A DNA stretch of 64,000 nucleotides from an uncultured Candidatus Saccharibacteria bacterium (GTDB lineage: Bacteria; Patescibacteriota; Minisyncoccia; RBG-13-40-8-A). The stretch's first letter is position 1, and each line of letters starts with the position of its first letter. The translations under genes were made by a program, and so were the position numbers. The notes under the pieces are model-generated. The model ran no database searches and was not told the origin of the DNA. It worked only from the letters and a program-made list of their open reading frames with translations. This document shows, piece after piece, positions 9,718 through 19,726 of the stretch. The stretch spans positions 257,587-321,586 of the forward strand of contig OZ246412.1 in the NCBI GenBank assembly GCA_965231075.1, written 5' to 3'.

Positions 9718-9978
9718 TTATTTTAATTCAATAACATATAAACCTTTTTCTTCAATTTCTTTTTTCTGTCCGAAATCGTCCAAGTGAAAATGATTAATAT
9801 GGCTTACCGTTTTTTCAATTTTTCTGCCAGTATATTCTTTGGTTTTTGGATCCCATTCTTCTAAAATTAACGTATCGCCATTATTTATTTCAAAATCAGC
9901 AACTCTAAATTCGAATTTCTTTTCACCAGATTCAACTTTCTCAAAATAATCCGGCCAAATTTTTTTCTTTATAATCAT
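9718..9978 (-). CDS. ASCH/PUA-like small protein.
   Basis: 86 aa. It resembles ASCH-like (DUF3850-type) domains. The assignment is weak. Confidence 0.3.
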   Translation of the reverse strand: MIIKKKIWPDYFEKVESGEKKFEFRVADFEINNGDTLILEEWDPKTKEYTGRKIEKTVSHINHFHLDDFGQKKEIEEKGLYVIELK

Positions 9979-9992
9979 AAGTTTATTTTTTA

Positions 9993-10568
9993 TTAGTATT
10001 GATGATTTTTAGTCGCGTTAAAATTGTTTGCAGTTTCACCCAAATATTCCTCAACCTCTTTTGTTCTGGTATTGATAAATTCTTTTACTTCATAAATTTC
10101 GGCGTCATTTTTTTCTGTATCATAAATTGCAAATGTTGATGTTTTTGTTTTGACAGCACCAATTTCTCCGGGATTAACAATTAAACAGTCCCCTATTTTG
10201 TCTTTGTTTTTAACGTGATTGTGGCCATAAAAAACGGCATCAAAATCGCCCGACTTTGCCATCGATTTTGCTATATCTGGATAATGAGAAATAAAAATCT
10301 TTTTACCGCCTAATTCTAGTTTATCGTGAGTTACTTCGCTAAAAACTATACTAGGTGCGTTTTTTATAATCGACATTTTATCGCCATCATTGTTTCCCCA
10401 AATTGCAAAAACCGGAACCTTTGATAAGTTTAATATTTTAGCAACGCCAGTGCTTGTAAAATCTCCTAAAGATAATATTTTTTCGGCACCGCTGTTTTCG
10501 ATTTCTTTAAGCGCCAAAACTAAATTATGCGCATTGTCATGTATGTCTGATATGATTGCAATTTTCAT
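9993..10568 (-). CDS. Metallophosphoesterase of the YfcE/MJ0936 family.
   Basis: Motifs DIHDN, GDFTS and GHNH are present. Confidence 0.8.
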   Translation of the reverse strand: MKIAIISDIHDNAHNLVLALKEIENSGAEKILSLGDFTSTGVAKILNLSKVPVFAIWGNNDGDKMSIIKNAPSIVFSEVTHDKLELGGKKIFISHYPDIAKSMAKSGDFDAVFYGHNHVKNKDKIGDCLIVNPGEIGAVKTKTSTFAIYDTEKNDAEIYEVKEFINTRTKEVEEYLGETANNFNATKNHQY

Positions 10569-10762
10569 ATTATTTTTTTACTTTCTATAAACTTTTTGAT
10601 TGATCTATCGTACGTTTTTTCGGCTTCGGGTGAAAAATAACAACCCGGCAACTCGCTATTTTCGCGATGATATTTCACGCACTCGCAGCAGAAGCCTTTT
10701 TTCTCGCACCCCTCATACGTACACGGGCAGTTTTTAAAATTTTGTTGTTGTTTACATTCCAT
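10565..10762 (-). CDS. Small cysteine-rich protein.
   Basis: CPCTYEGCEKKGFCCECVKYH...PGCYF. Its start overlaps the next gene's stop. Confidence 0.3.
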   Translation of the reverse strand: MECKQQQNFKNCPCTYEGCEKKGFCCECVKYHRENSELPGCYFSPEAEKTYDRSIKKFIESKKII

Positions 10763-10766
10763 GGAG

Positions 10767-11165
10767 TTATTTTTTAATTTTTGATATTTGTGATCGAGGA
10801 ATTTTTCGTACTTTAACTTTCGTGTATCCTAAAATTTGCATTTTAACTAATCTATGTAAACCATCCAAAATAAGCCATCTTCCCTTATTTTTCATTATAT
10901 CTATTGGATGAGATAAATCGGATCGCATTGTTCGTTTGTATTGATAAGAATATTTATCGGGATTATTAATAACGTCTTTCGGTTTTAGTCCATATCCTTC
11001 TTTTTTATTGGGTGACCAAAATGGAATATTAAAATGCCATTTTAATTCAGAAATATTAATTTCTTTGACAAGTACTTTTAATTTCCAGACTTTCTTTTCG
11101 TCCCAATCAAAATCGAATCCGATTTTATTAATAATATCTAATATTTTCTTCCGATCCCCTGCCAT
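10767..11165 (-). CDS. ParB/Srx-like nuclease domain protein.
   Basis: WLILDGLHRL matches the DGxHR ParB N-terminal motif. It resembles the C-terminal half of the ORF at 21640-22206. Confidence 0.4.
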   Translation of the reverse strand: MAGDRKKILDIINKIGFDFDWDEKKVWKLKVLVKEINISELKWHFNIPFWSPNKKEGYGLKPKDVINNPDKYSYQYKRTMRSDLSHPIDIMKNKGRWLILDGLHRLVKMQILGYTKVKVRKIPRSQISKIKK

Positions 11166-11174
11166 AAAATTATT

Positions 11175-11570
11175 TTAAATCAGTTTTAATACAAACCACA
11201 AAATCACAAAATGAAGAGTAGTATCGACGACAGTATAAACAACAGAAGTAAGCGCTATATCAAATTCTCTGTTTGGTTCTTGCGAAGCGCGTGCACTCTC
11301 AAAGGTTCTCCCTTTAATTATTTTTGCCCAAATATTGCCCACAGACCAATGATCAATTATAAAATGTGAAACAAAAATTATAATAATCGCCAATATATTA
11401 AATTTCCAAATTACCACAAATATTAATACGGTGTAAATCAGCGCATGTAAAGCACAAATCAGAAAACCCTTCAAATTCTTCGCGCTTTTGCCTATTGCCA
11501 TTTTCTTGGGTTGCAGAAAGAAATCCGCCAATATATGCCCAAATATTCCGTAAATAAATAGTTGTATCAT
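11175..11570 (-). CDS. Small integral membrane protein.
   Basis: Three to four hydrophobic helices with an HxxADF motif. Confidence 0.35.
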   Translation of the reverse strand: MIQLFIYGIFGHILADFFLQPKKMAIGKSAKNLKGFLICALHALIYTVLIFVVIWKFNILAIIIIFVSHFIIDHWSVGNIWAKIIKGRTFESARASQEPNREFDIALTSVVYTVVDTTLHFVILWFVLKLI

Positions 11571-11624
11571 GTGATTATTTTTAAATTAATTTTTTGTTTA
11601 CATTCCATAGATTATTTTAATTGA

Positions 11625-14600
11625 TTAACAATGTTCGTAAACAAAATTATAAACTTCAAATCCTCTAAGTTCACAGTCTTTTTCTGTATAGGTTGGTTCT
11701 GGCAATTTCGCAAATAGTAAGTCTGATATGGCCACCTTTACTCCCGCACGATTGGTTTCAAAGTCTTTCCAGTGCGGCACAAGCAATGGCTTAAGGCCAG
11801 TTAATAGTTCGTGTGCCGCACTTTTTATGGTATCTATCTCGCTTGGTGTTAATTTTTCTTTAATTAATAAATCAAAAATAGCCAACTCTTCTTCGCTTAA
11901 ATTTTCCTTAACGGTTCGTTGCTCTTCTTCGTTTAAATCTTTTGCAAGCACCACCAAATCATCAAAAAGCTGATCAATATCGTGAGCACCGCTATTATAT
12001 TCTTGTAAAAGAGAGGTCAAGCGCTCCATAAATCTGGCACGTTTTTTATTTCTTCTCATCATCTCTTCTATCTTTTGTTCGAGTTCAGCACTTAAGGCCT
12101 CCACTTGTAAGTTTTTGTTATCCAGCTTGGCGAAAAATTTATGCAAAGCATCGGCATCTAAAATGCTTAAATCTTTTATTTTTTTATTAGGAGAAATAAC
12201 GTACTCACCGGTTTGAATTGATTTGTCCAATAAATCTTCTAAATCTTTTTCAACTTGAGATACGTCAACGCTTTGCAACCCCACATCACGGATACGCGAA
12301 GCAAGCACACGAATAGCTGTCACTTCTTTATAGTAATCTTCCGCGCTAGGGTCGGGTAACACTGAACGATAAGCACTTTGTAAATCGCTCGCAAGATTTA
12401 AAAATTTCTTTTTGTTTTCTTGATTGCCAATTATTGTATTGGCATATTTCTCTAATAATAATAATTTTTGATTACTTGGTGCGTCAATTAATACATCAAT
12501 TTCTATTTTTTCTTTTTTTAAAAACCTTTTAACAACATCAAGCGCATCTTTTAAGTCTTCTACCAACTCGTCTTTGCTCTTAATAATCTCATCTTCGTCA
12601 ATTCCATTGGCCGCATACAATGCCAGGGCTCGTTCAATATTTTTAAACACACCGATATAGTCAACGATTAAACCATTTTTCTTCCCTTCGTCTGCTACGC
12701 GATTAGCGCGAGCAATAGTTTGCATTAAGGTATGATTTTTTAATGGTTTATCTAAATATAACGTAGAAAGATTTGGGACATCAAAACCCGTCATCCACAT
12801 GGCACATACGAAAATAATTCGTAAATCACTGTCAGCCTTTTTAAATTCATCTTCCAGGTTGTCTTTCAATATTCTTTCTCTGATTGGTCTTACGTCTATT
12901 TCGAATTCTTCCATTTCGGCAATTTCATTCTGATTATCTCCCAGGCTCACCATCACCGCCATATCTACATTTTCATGTTGTTCTAGTTTGGTCAAAATCT
13001 TTTCATGTTCACGTTCGTCAGTGGCACGCGAAAGATCCATTCTTAATTTGGCAATATAACGGTCCCATTCTTTTTTCACTTTGTCATACATTCTAAAAGT
13101 AGTTTTCTTGTCAATACAAACCACCATCGCTTTTCCGTCGTATCCTCGTCCGGCATAATGCTCTACAATATCACGTGCAATAGTATTTAAGCGATCTTCG
13201 CGAGTAATAATCTCGTAAAAATTAGAATATTCTCGTTCCAATTTCTCTTCTTCGTCTTCATTGAGATCATATCTTTCCATTAATTGTCCCAATTGCGCCT
13301 CAAGATTTTCATTAACATTTTTTAATCTTGGTACCCGATTTTCATAATACAATGGCACAGTTGCACCATCTGCCACAGATTGTCCAAAATTATAAACGGA
13401 AACATATCCACCAAACGTTTTAACTGTTTCTCCTTCGCCATCTGCCATGAGTGGCGTTCCAGTGAATCCAATAAAAGAAGCATTGGGCAATGATTTGCGC
13501 ATATTAAGCGCCATACGATCATATTGGGTACGATGAGCCTCGTCAGTCATCACAATAATATCTTCTCGCGTTGATATCGGTCCAAAAATATCTTGAAACT
13601 TTTGAATGGTTGTAAAAATTTGGCGATGATCTTGCGTCAATAAATCTTTTAAATGAGTAATACTTTCGGCATGAACTTCTGTTTCTTGAATCACGCCAAC
13701 ATTAACAAAGTTTTTATATGCTTGACCATCTAATTGCGTCCTATCCGTAACAATAATGAAAGTAAAATTGCCAGTGAGTTTTCGTAAAACCTTTTGCGAG
13801 AGCCAAACCATTGAATATGATTTACCAGAACCCTGCGTGTGCCAAAAAACACCCAATTTACCATTTAATTTTTTACGATTTATGACACTTTCAAACGCCC
13901 CATTAACACCCAAATATTGAAAATATCGTGGAACAATTTTTCTGATTTCGCTTTTTGATTCATCAAATAGAATAAAGTTTTCAAAAATATCCAAAAATCG
14001 TTTTTTATCGCATATTCCTTTTAATATCGTTTCCAAATCAGTTTTTGGTTTATCTTTTTCGTCTTTAGCTTTTTTCCATTCATTAAAAAATTCATATGGT
14101 GCAGTTAAGGAGCCGAACTTATTTTCAATGCCGTTAGAAATAATAATTCCCATGTTGTACCAGAAAAGCTTGGGAATGGCAGTTTTATAATCGCGAATAT
14201 TATCACGATGAGCATCAACTAAGCTTTTATGCGAAGCTTTTAATTCTAATAAAATAAGCGGAATGCCATTTACATATAAAATTACATCGGGTCGACGTGT
14301 ATACATCTCCCCCACTACCCATAATTGCGATACTGCCAAAAAATTATTATTTTCTATATTGTCAAAATCAAAAAATCGGACACGTTCAGTCCCCGTCTCT
14401 CCGTTTTCACGCGCGACATTCACGTTCACGCCGTCACGCAATAATTTATAAACTTCTTGATTGGCTCTCACTAAACTCAAATTTGATCTATCGCGAATAA
14501 TAATATCTATTGCCTGTTTTAATGCGTCATCTGATAACCCTGAATTAATTTTTTGTAATGCTGGCAATAAATATTTTTTGAGCACCACCTCTCCCTGATT

Positions 14601-14729
14601 TTCTCGTTCCAATTTCAAATCATCCTCATCTTTATAAGCATTAATATGGCAGTTTTTATCGTCCCATATCTTCTTAATGAGTTTTATCACCGCTTGTTCA
14701 ACTAAATTATCTTCATTAAATGGATTCAT
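11625..14729 (-). CDS. hsdR: Type I restriction enzyme R subunit (HsdR).
   Basis: 1034 aa. It has an N-terminal nuclease region, SF2 helicase motifs (GSGKS, MTDEAHR, FTGTP) and the C-terminal HsdR domain. Its start overlaps the stop of the upstream ATPase as ATGA. Confidence 0.92.
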   Translation of the reverse strand: MNPFNEDNLVEQAVIKLIKKIWDDKNCHINAYKDEDDLKLERENQGEVVLKKYLLPALQKINSGLSDDALKQAIDIIIRDRSNLSLVRANQEVYKLLRDGVNVNVARENGETGTERVRFFDFDNIENNNFLAVSQLWVVGEMYTRRPDVILYVNGIPLILLELKASHKSLVDAHRDNIRDYKTAIPKLFWYNMGIIISNGIENKFGSLTAPYEFFNEWKKAKDEKDKPKTDLETILKGICDKKRFLDIFENFILFDESKSEIRKIVPRYFQYLGVNGAFESVINRKKLNGKLGVFWHTQGSGKSYSMVWLSQKVLRKLTGNFTFIIVTDRTQLDGQAYKNFVNVGVIQETEVHAESITHLKDLLTQDHRQIFTTIQKFQDIFGPISTREDIIVMTDEAHRTQYDRMALNMRKSLPNASFIGFTGTPLMADGEGETVKTFGGYVSVYNFGQSVADGATVPLYYENRVPRLKNVNENLEAQLGQLMERYDLNEDEEEKLEREYSNFYEIITREDRLNTIARDIVEHYAGRGYDGKAMVVCIDKKTTFRMYDKVKKEWDRYIAKLRMDLSRATDEREHEKILTKLEQHENVDMAVMVSLGDNQNEIAEMEEFEIDVRPIRERILKDNLEDEFKKADSDLRIIFVCAMWMTGFDVPNLSTLYLDKPLKNHTLMQTIARANRVADEGKKNGLIVDYIGVFKNIERALALYAANGIDEDEIIKSKDELVEDLKDALDVVKRFLKKEKIEIDVLIDAPSNQKLLLLEKYANTIIGNQENKKKFLNLASDLQSAYRSVLPDPSAEDYYKEVTAIRVLASRIRDVGLQSVDVSQVEKDLEDLLDKSIQTGEYVISPNKKIKDLSILDADALHKFFAKLDNKNLQVEALSAELEQKIEEMMRRNKKRARFMERLTSLLQEYNSGAHDIDQLFDDLVVLAKDLNEEEQRTVKENLSEEELAIFDLLIKEKLTPSEIDTIKSAAHELLTGLKPLLVPHWKDFETNRAGVKVAISDLLFAKLPEPTYTEKDCELRGFEVYNFVYEHC

Positions 14730-16192
14730 GGTGTTTTTAATAAATTAATCATTCTTTCAATGGAATCTTTCAATTGTTGTGATGTATACATTGGTCTTGA
14801 GGCATTATCCGGATGATGAACGCGATTTCTCACGTATGTCATCAATGTTTCCTTTTGAGGTCCCCTGACAGGATCTGGCCATTTTATTTCTTTGGTTTGC
14901 CCCTTTGACTCGAGCCAACTCTCCATATCATCTTGAGATACTTTCTGCGATGGAGTCGTTCTTAATTTGTCCTCCACTGACGAATATAGATCGTCGTGAA
15001 ATTCAATCGTTGGTAAATCGTAAGCGAAATAACAAATTTCACCCCAAGATGGACTCCATTTTAATAAACCAAGGCCTCTGGTCTTTGCATTTTCAATAAC
15101 AACTTTCTCGCCTTTAATTTCGGAAACAAGAACCTTAACTCCGTCCTTATCAAAACAATTTTTAAAAAAGAAGGGCGAGTGAGTTGAAATAAATACCTGT
15201 GATTCTTCCGACATGTCATGTAAATGTTTTGCAAACTTATCTTGCAAGGTTGGATGTAAATGTAATTCGGGTTCATCAATAATTATGCAAATTTCATCTT
15301 TTGAAATATTTGCAAGCGTCTCAAGAAAAACAAGCGCCGTAATCATTTCTATTCCACTTCCTGTAAGATTAACGGGTAATTCAAAACCATCAAATCTCTT
15401 TACGATTTCCGAATTATCATAAGGAGTCAGCGTCTTAATTATACTTAAATCAATGACCGGAATATTTAAATCCTTGAGAATTTTATTTGTTTCATCAATT
15501 GTTTTCTTCAACGTATCGCCATCAGTATTTTCAAACACGTGTTTTTCGATCTCTTCTCGTTTATGTTTAAATTTATCAACCTCATCCTTCATTCGTTGTT
15601 TTTTTTCAAACCGCCAATTAAGGTCATCAAGCACATTGGACATCGAAGAATTAAACCTTTTTTGTAATTGTTGTTCTCTTTTTTTTCCAAAATAAAACGA
15701 TTTCGGACTTTCTGCTGAAGCATATGATAGGGCCAACTGTCTTTCTGTAATTTTTAAAATAGATCCGGTTCCTCGCTTAATATTCCATCCATCTTCACTT
15801 CTTTCCTCCACTGGCAAGTAATAATGCTCTGTCACGACCAAATCATTAAATGCTTTTCCGGGGGCAGCTCGATCACGTTTTTTTGCCGTTAGTGATATCC
15901 CTTTACATTTAATTTTTTGCTTATTCCCATATAAATCTGGTATTTCGACATCAAAATCTTTTTCAAAAAATATTGAAATTTCAATAGGCCCATCACTCCC
16001 AAGGTAAAAATCCTTGATTGATAGTCGCGATGCAGCATAGCTAGAAGATAAACAAAGATTAATGGCCTCCAATATTGCTGTTTTAGAAGTTCCGTTATCT
16101 CCAATTATTAAGTTAAAATTATTACACTCAAAAGGCGGAGTGTCTTCGCTAATTCCTCTAAAATTTTTTATTGAAACAGATTTAATTTTCAT
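14726..16192 (-). CDS. OLD/ABC-type (AAA_15/21-like) ATPase with a C-terminal RNxxxH motif, a PrrC-like putative anticodon nuclease or abortive-infection protein. It lies inside the type I restriction-modification (R-M) operon.
   Basis: Walker A GDNGTSKT, D-loop/Walker B CIIIDEPELHLHP and H-loop FISTHSP are present. A C-terminal VRNRVHHP fits the HEPN RNxxxH signature. The gene lies between hsdS and hsdR, as prrC does in the E. coli prr locus. Confidence 0.65.
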   Translation of the reverse strand: MKIKSVSIKNFRGISEDTPPFECNNFNLIIGDNGTSKTAILEAINLCLSSSYAASRLSIKDFYLGSDGPIEISIFFEKDFDVEIPDLYGNKQKIKCKGISLTAKKRDRAAPGKAFNDLVVTEHYYLPVEERSEDGWNIKRGTGSILKITERQLALSYASAESPKSFYFGKKREQQLQKRFNSSMSNVLDDLNWRFEKKQRMKDEVDKFKHKREEIEKHVFENTDGDTLKKTIDETNKILKDLNIPVIDLSIIKTLTPYDNSEIVKRFDGFELPVNLTGSGIEMITALVFLETLANISKDEICIIIDEPELHLHPTLQDKFAKHLHDMSEESQVFISTHSPFFFKNCFDKDGVKVLVSEIKGEKVVIENAKTRGLGLLKWSPSWGEICYFAYDLPTIEFHDDLYSSVEDKLRTTPSQKVSQDDMESWLESKGQTKEIKWPDPVRGPQKETLMTYVRNRVHHPDNASRPMYTSQQLKDSIERMINLLKTP

Positions 16193-16196
16193 AAAA

Positions 16197-17345
16197 TTAT
16201 TTTAATTCTCTTTTCCCCGTTACCAATTGAGGAATTAATAAATCGCGAGCTTTAGATAAATTTTGATTTTTTTCTTGTAAGAATAATGATAAATCAAAAT
16301 AGTTGCATGCAAATTGACTAAATTTATCGAGAATTTCTGAATTTGGAATAATAACCTTAATATCTTTGACTTGTATCGGACTTAGATTTTGTTGTGCGGC
16401 GCCATTAGACATCGCCTCCAGTTTTTGTTGAAATCTTTTTTGCCTAAACAATAAATAGATAAATTCTCTAATATTTTTATTTACTGGATCAATTTTTGCT
16501 ACTCGCTGATTCAATACATGATTCGTCCCATATACAACGCAAATGCGTCCAACGTTTCCGGTTAGCGAAAGTAAAATGTCACCACTTTTTAAAATACAGT
16601 CCACGGGCAATTTTTCTGGTAATTCATCGATAAACGAATCAAAATTCAAAACAAATTTCCCATCATGAACATTTTTAATTGTAACTATTTTATATTTTCC
16701 ACTTTCTTGATATGTTGATCCCCTAAACGGAAAACCCGAAATAACATTTGCGAGTTCACTAATTTTTCCAATTTGCCACCCTTTCGGAATTTTGCCCAAC
16801 TCAGAGTTAACCATTTTTACTTTTTCATGTCCAGGAAATTTGAATTTTACGAACCATTCTGTATAAAGCAACTGCGCTATTTTTTCCAAAATTTTAATCC
16901 GTTTTTCGTTATTTTCAATTAAATCATCATAAGCAGACAAAACAGATGCAATTTGTGCTTGGGTCGGAAGATCGGGTAAAAATATATCAACATTATTTAG
17001 TAAATCATATGAAATAAACGGTTGTGCCGACCCTCTTATTGACTTGCGAAAGTCCTTACTTAATAGCACATAGTACCCGAAGAGCGGATCGTTACCCCTT
17101 TTCGCCAGGGCCATTATCCCATTGTAGGTAACAAAATGTTTTCCCCTTCCAAAAATTACCGTGCCACAATTTGCACCCATGTGACCTATGACAGGAGAAT
17201 TTTCAGCATTACATTCATTAAAATAACCGATAATGTTGCCGGCACCATAAACAGGATATTTGCCACCATTGCTTGGATTTTTATTGCCCTTTCCGTACTG
17301 AAATTTAAAAATATCTCTTAATTTTGCTTTCTGAAAAGTTGTCAT
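16197..17345 (-). CDS. hsdS: Type I restriction-modification specificity subunit (HsdS).
   Basis: Two target-recognition domains are separated by the conserved central repeat (LPDLPTQAQIASVL) and a C-terminal conserved region. Confidence 0.85.
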   Translation of the reverse strand: MTTFQKAKLRDIFKFQYGKGNKNPSNGGKYPVYGAGNIIGYFNECNAENSPVIGHMGANCGTVIFGRGKHFVTYNGIMALAKRGNDPLFGYYVLLSKDFRKSIRGSAQPFISYDLLNNVDIFLPDLPTQAQIASVLSAYDDLIENNEKRIKILEKIAQLLYTEWFVKFKFPGHEKVKMVNSELGKIPKGWQIGKISELANVISGFPFRGSTYQESGKYKIVTIKNVHDGKFVLNFDSFIDELPEKLPVDCILKSGDILLSLTGNVGRICVVYGTNHVLNQRVAKIDPVNKNIREFIYLLFRQKRFQQKLEAMSNGAAQQNLSPIQVKDIKVIIPNSEILDKFSQFACNYFDLSLFLQEKNQNLSKARDLLIPQLVTGKRELK

Positions 17346-17373
17346 ATTTGCGAATTGCGTTTCTTGTTATATA

Positions 17374-17820
17374 TTAACGTGAAATTAAATCTAGAAAGTC
17401 ATCAAGTCGGTCGTCTAAAACTCCCATCTTGTTCATTAAATAAAACAAAAATAAATCTGTAGGGATAGAATTTGACATATATTTATTGGTAGTCAAATAA
17501 CCAACAAATTGGCCTACTAAATAAATTTTCGGTGGAGTAGACGTGTAAGGATTTACTGGGCTCAGTGCCGAATATTTGCTTCCATAGTTACCATATTTAT
17601 TAAAAATAGAGGTATTTGAATATTTGCTTCCATAGTTACCATATTTATTAAAAATAGATTCGGAATCGTACTTATTACTAAATTTACCCAGAAAAGTTCC
17701 GTCACTAGCTTCTAAATATCCGTTATCTGCATAAGGATCCACAAAAAAATTAAATCGAGACATAGAGTCCTGATAAAGTCTTTGTATTAATTCTTTTAAA
17801 ATTTGCTGTGTTGAACTCAT
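17374..17820 (-). CDS. Hypothetical protein with a tandem 16-aa repeat.
   Basis: SIFNKYGNYGSKYS occurs twice, encoded by an exact 40-nt duplication (17571-17610 and 17619-17658; 48-bp repeat period). The gene is translationally coupled to its neighbours inside the hsd operon. Confidence 0.4.
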   Translation of the reverse strand: MSSTQQILKELIQRLYQDSMSRFNFFVDPYADNGYLEASDGTFLGKFSNKYDSESIFNKYGNYGSKYSNTSIFNKYGNYGSKYSALSPVNPYTSTPPKIYLVGQFVGYLTTNKYMSNSIPTDLFLFYLMNKMGVLDDRLDDFLDLISR

Positions 17821-18152
17821 GTAATTTTTTCTAAAAGTTTTACCAATTCTCTCGCCGCATCTTCTGGAGGCAAAGTTGCAATAAGCGAAGGAATCGCAGC
17901 AAGTGTAATATTTTCCTTTCTTATCTTTTTAATTTGTTGGATCGGCCAATAAAGAGCAGCGTTTATTAATGTTGCAGGAGCAACAACCAATACTTCGTTT
18001 TTAATAATCCCATATATCAAAGCGGTTAGCCCCAGCACAAAAATAGCAACAGCCATAATGCATATTGTAGTTTCATGAACTCGATTCTTTTTTAAAACAT
18101 CATCAATTCTATTATTTATTTCTTTTGATATATTCATATAATCTTTTTCCAA
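17817..18152 (-). CDS. Small membrane protein with two transmembrane helices.
   Basis: 111 aa. Its start overlaps the hsdM stop by 19 nt. Confidence 0.35.
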   Translation of the reverse strand: MEKDYMNISKEINNRIDDVLKKNRVHETTICIMAVAIFVLGLTALIYGIIKNEVLVVAPATLINAALYWPIQQIKKIRKENITLAAIPSLIATLPPEDAARELVKLLEKIT

Positions 18153-19723
18153 TCTTCTTGAATTTTCTTTTCCAATTTATGCGCTTCGTCGGTTAGATTA
18201 ATAAATTCGCCCGAAAGTTCTTTCATTCTTTTTCCAAAATCAACATCACTAATTTCTTTTTCGATAATTTCTACATAACGACCAGGGTTAAGCGAATAAT
18301 CATTGTCCTTAACTTCTTTTAGCGTTACCACCTTACATCGGCCTTTTATGTCTTTATATTTTTCCTCACTTCTTTCCTCGCGATATCTACGCACAATGCC
18401 TGCAATCTCTTGAATTTGCTCATTTGTCCATTCACTATGCGCTCGATCGATAGGAGTAAAAATATCCTGAGCATTTATAAATAAAATTTTGTTTTTTCTT
18501 TCTGTGCTTGTTTTTCTTTTATCAAAAAACCAAAGCGTACAAGATAACGTGGCATTCATAAACATATTGTTTCCAACAGAAATGATTACATCTACCATTC
18601 CTGCATCAATCATTTTTTTACGAATTTCTTTTTCGGCATTACCGGCATCGCTTGCAGAATTGGCCATAACAAAACCCGCTCGTCCATCTTTATTTAAGGC
18701 GCTAGCAAATATTTGCATCCACAAATAATTAGCATTAGAAATTTCCCCCTTGCCAGTAAGCGGAAGTCCCAGATAATAACGTGGATCGCCTTTAATTTTT
18801 GCTGGATCAATTGTGGTTTGTTTGTTTTTATCTTTTCCTTTTACGTTAAACGGTGGATTGGCAAGTACAAAATCAAAACCTCCAACGCTATTAAATGGAT
18901 CCTCATAAAAAGAATTGGTTTCTGCGATTTTGCCCGATAGACCATGGATGGCAAGATTCATTTTCGCAATTTTTACGGTTGAACCTATTTTTTCTTGACC
19001 ATAAATAGCAATTTCATTCATTATTTTCGCTTTTTCTACATGCGCTTTTACAAAGTTCGCAGATTGCACAAACATACCACCGCTTCCGCAAGCGGGATCA
19101 AGAATTTTTCCATGATATGGCTCAATAATTTCTACAAGTAACTTTACAATAGATTGTGGTGTAAAAAACTCTCCCCCTTTTGCTCCCTCGGAACGAGCGA
19201 ACTCACCAAGGAAATATTCATAAATTTCACCGAAAGCATCACCATCTATGTCGTCCGGAATCTGATTAAAATTTTTGAGAAGCGTAATAAGTATTTTGCT
19301 ATTTTCTCCGGGGTTTTTATGAAGCGAAGCGTAATCTTGTGGCAGAACACCAGCCAAATCAGTATTTTTCTCTTCAATTTCTTTCATTGCATCATTAATG
19401 GCCTTGCCAATATTTTTGTTTTCGGGAAGACTCATTAAATACGAATATGTAGCGATCTCCGGCAAAAATAAAACGCCTTTTGATTTATAATCATCAGCGC
19501 TAATTGGCCTTACGCGTCCACTGGTTTTTCCGGCATACGTTGCACTTTTTTCTGATACTATGTTTGTTTGAACTTTTTTAAATCTAACATCAGCAAATTT
19601 TAAAAATATCAGACCCAAAAGTGGCTCAGATATTTCATTAAGCTTAAGACCAGAATTTGCACGCAGTTGTTCTGCGGCAGCCCAAAGTCTTTCGTGTAAT
19701 TGTTTTCTGTTATCAGATGTCAT
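18134..19723 (-). CDS. hsdM: Type I restriction-modification N6-adenine DNA methyltransferase (HsdM).
   Basis: An HsdM N-terminal domain, a NPPFN catalytic motif (ANPPFNVKG) and an AdoMet-binding motif (LDPACGSGGMFV). Confidence 0.92.
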   Translation of the reverse strand: MTSDNRKQLHERLWAAAEQLRANSGLKLNEISEPLLGLIFLKFADVRFKKVQTNIVSEKSATYAGKTSGRVRPISADDYKSKGVLFLPEIATYSYLMSLPENKNIGKAINDAMKEIEEKNTDLAGVLPQDYASLHKNPGENSKILITLLKNFNQIPDDIDGDAFGEIYEYFLGEFARSEGAKGGEFFTPQSIVKLLVEIIEPYHGKILDPACGSGGMFVQSANFVKAHVEKAKIMNEIAIYGQEKIGSTVKIAKMNLAIHGLSGKIAETNSFYEDPFNSVGGFDFVLANPPFNVKGKDKNKQTTIDPAKIKGDPRYYLGLPLTGKGEISNANYLWMQIFASALNKDGRAGFVMANSASDAGNAEKEIRKKMIDAGMVDVIISVGNNMFMNATLSCTLWFFDKRKTSTERKNKILFINAQDIFTPIDRAHSEWTNEQIQEIAGIVRRYREERSEEKYKDIKGRCKVVTLKEVKDNDYSLNPGRYVEIIEKEISDVDFGKRMKELSGEFINLTDEAHKLEKKIQEDWKKII

Positions 19724-19726
19724 AAT

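Noticed and set aside
17571-17658. Exact AT-rich direct repeats considered as a possible CRISPR or mini-satellite.
   Set aside because: There are only two copies at a 48-bp period. They are in frame inside a CDS and produce a duplicated peptide. There is no spacer architecture or cas genes. It is a coding tandem duplication.
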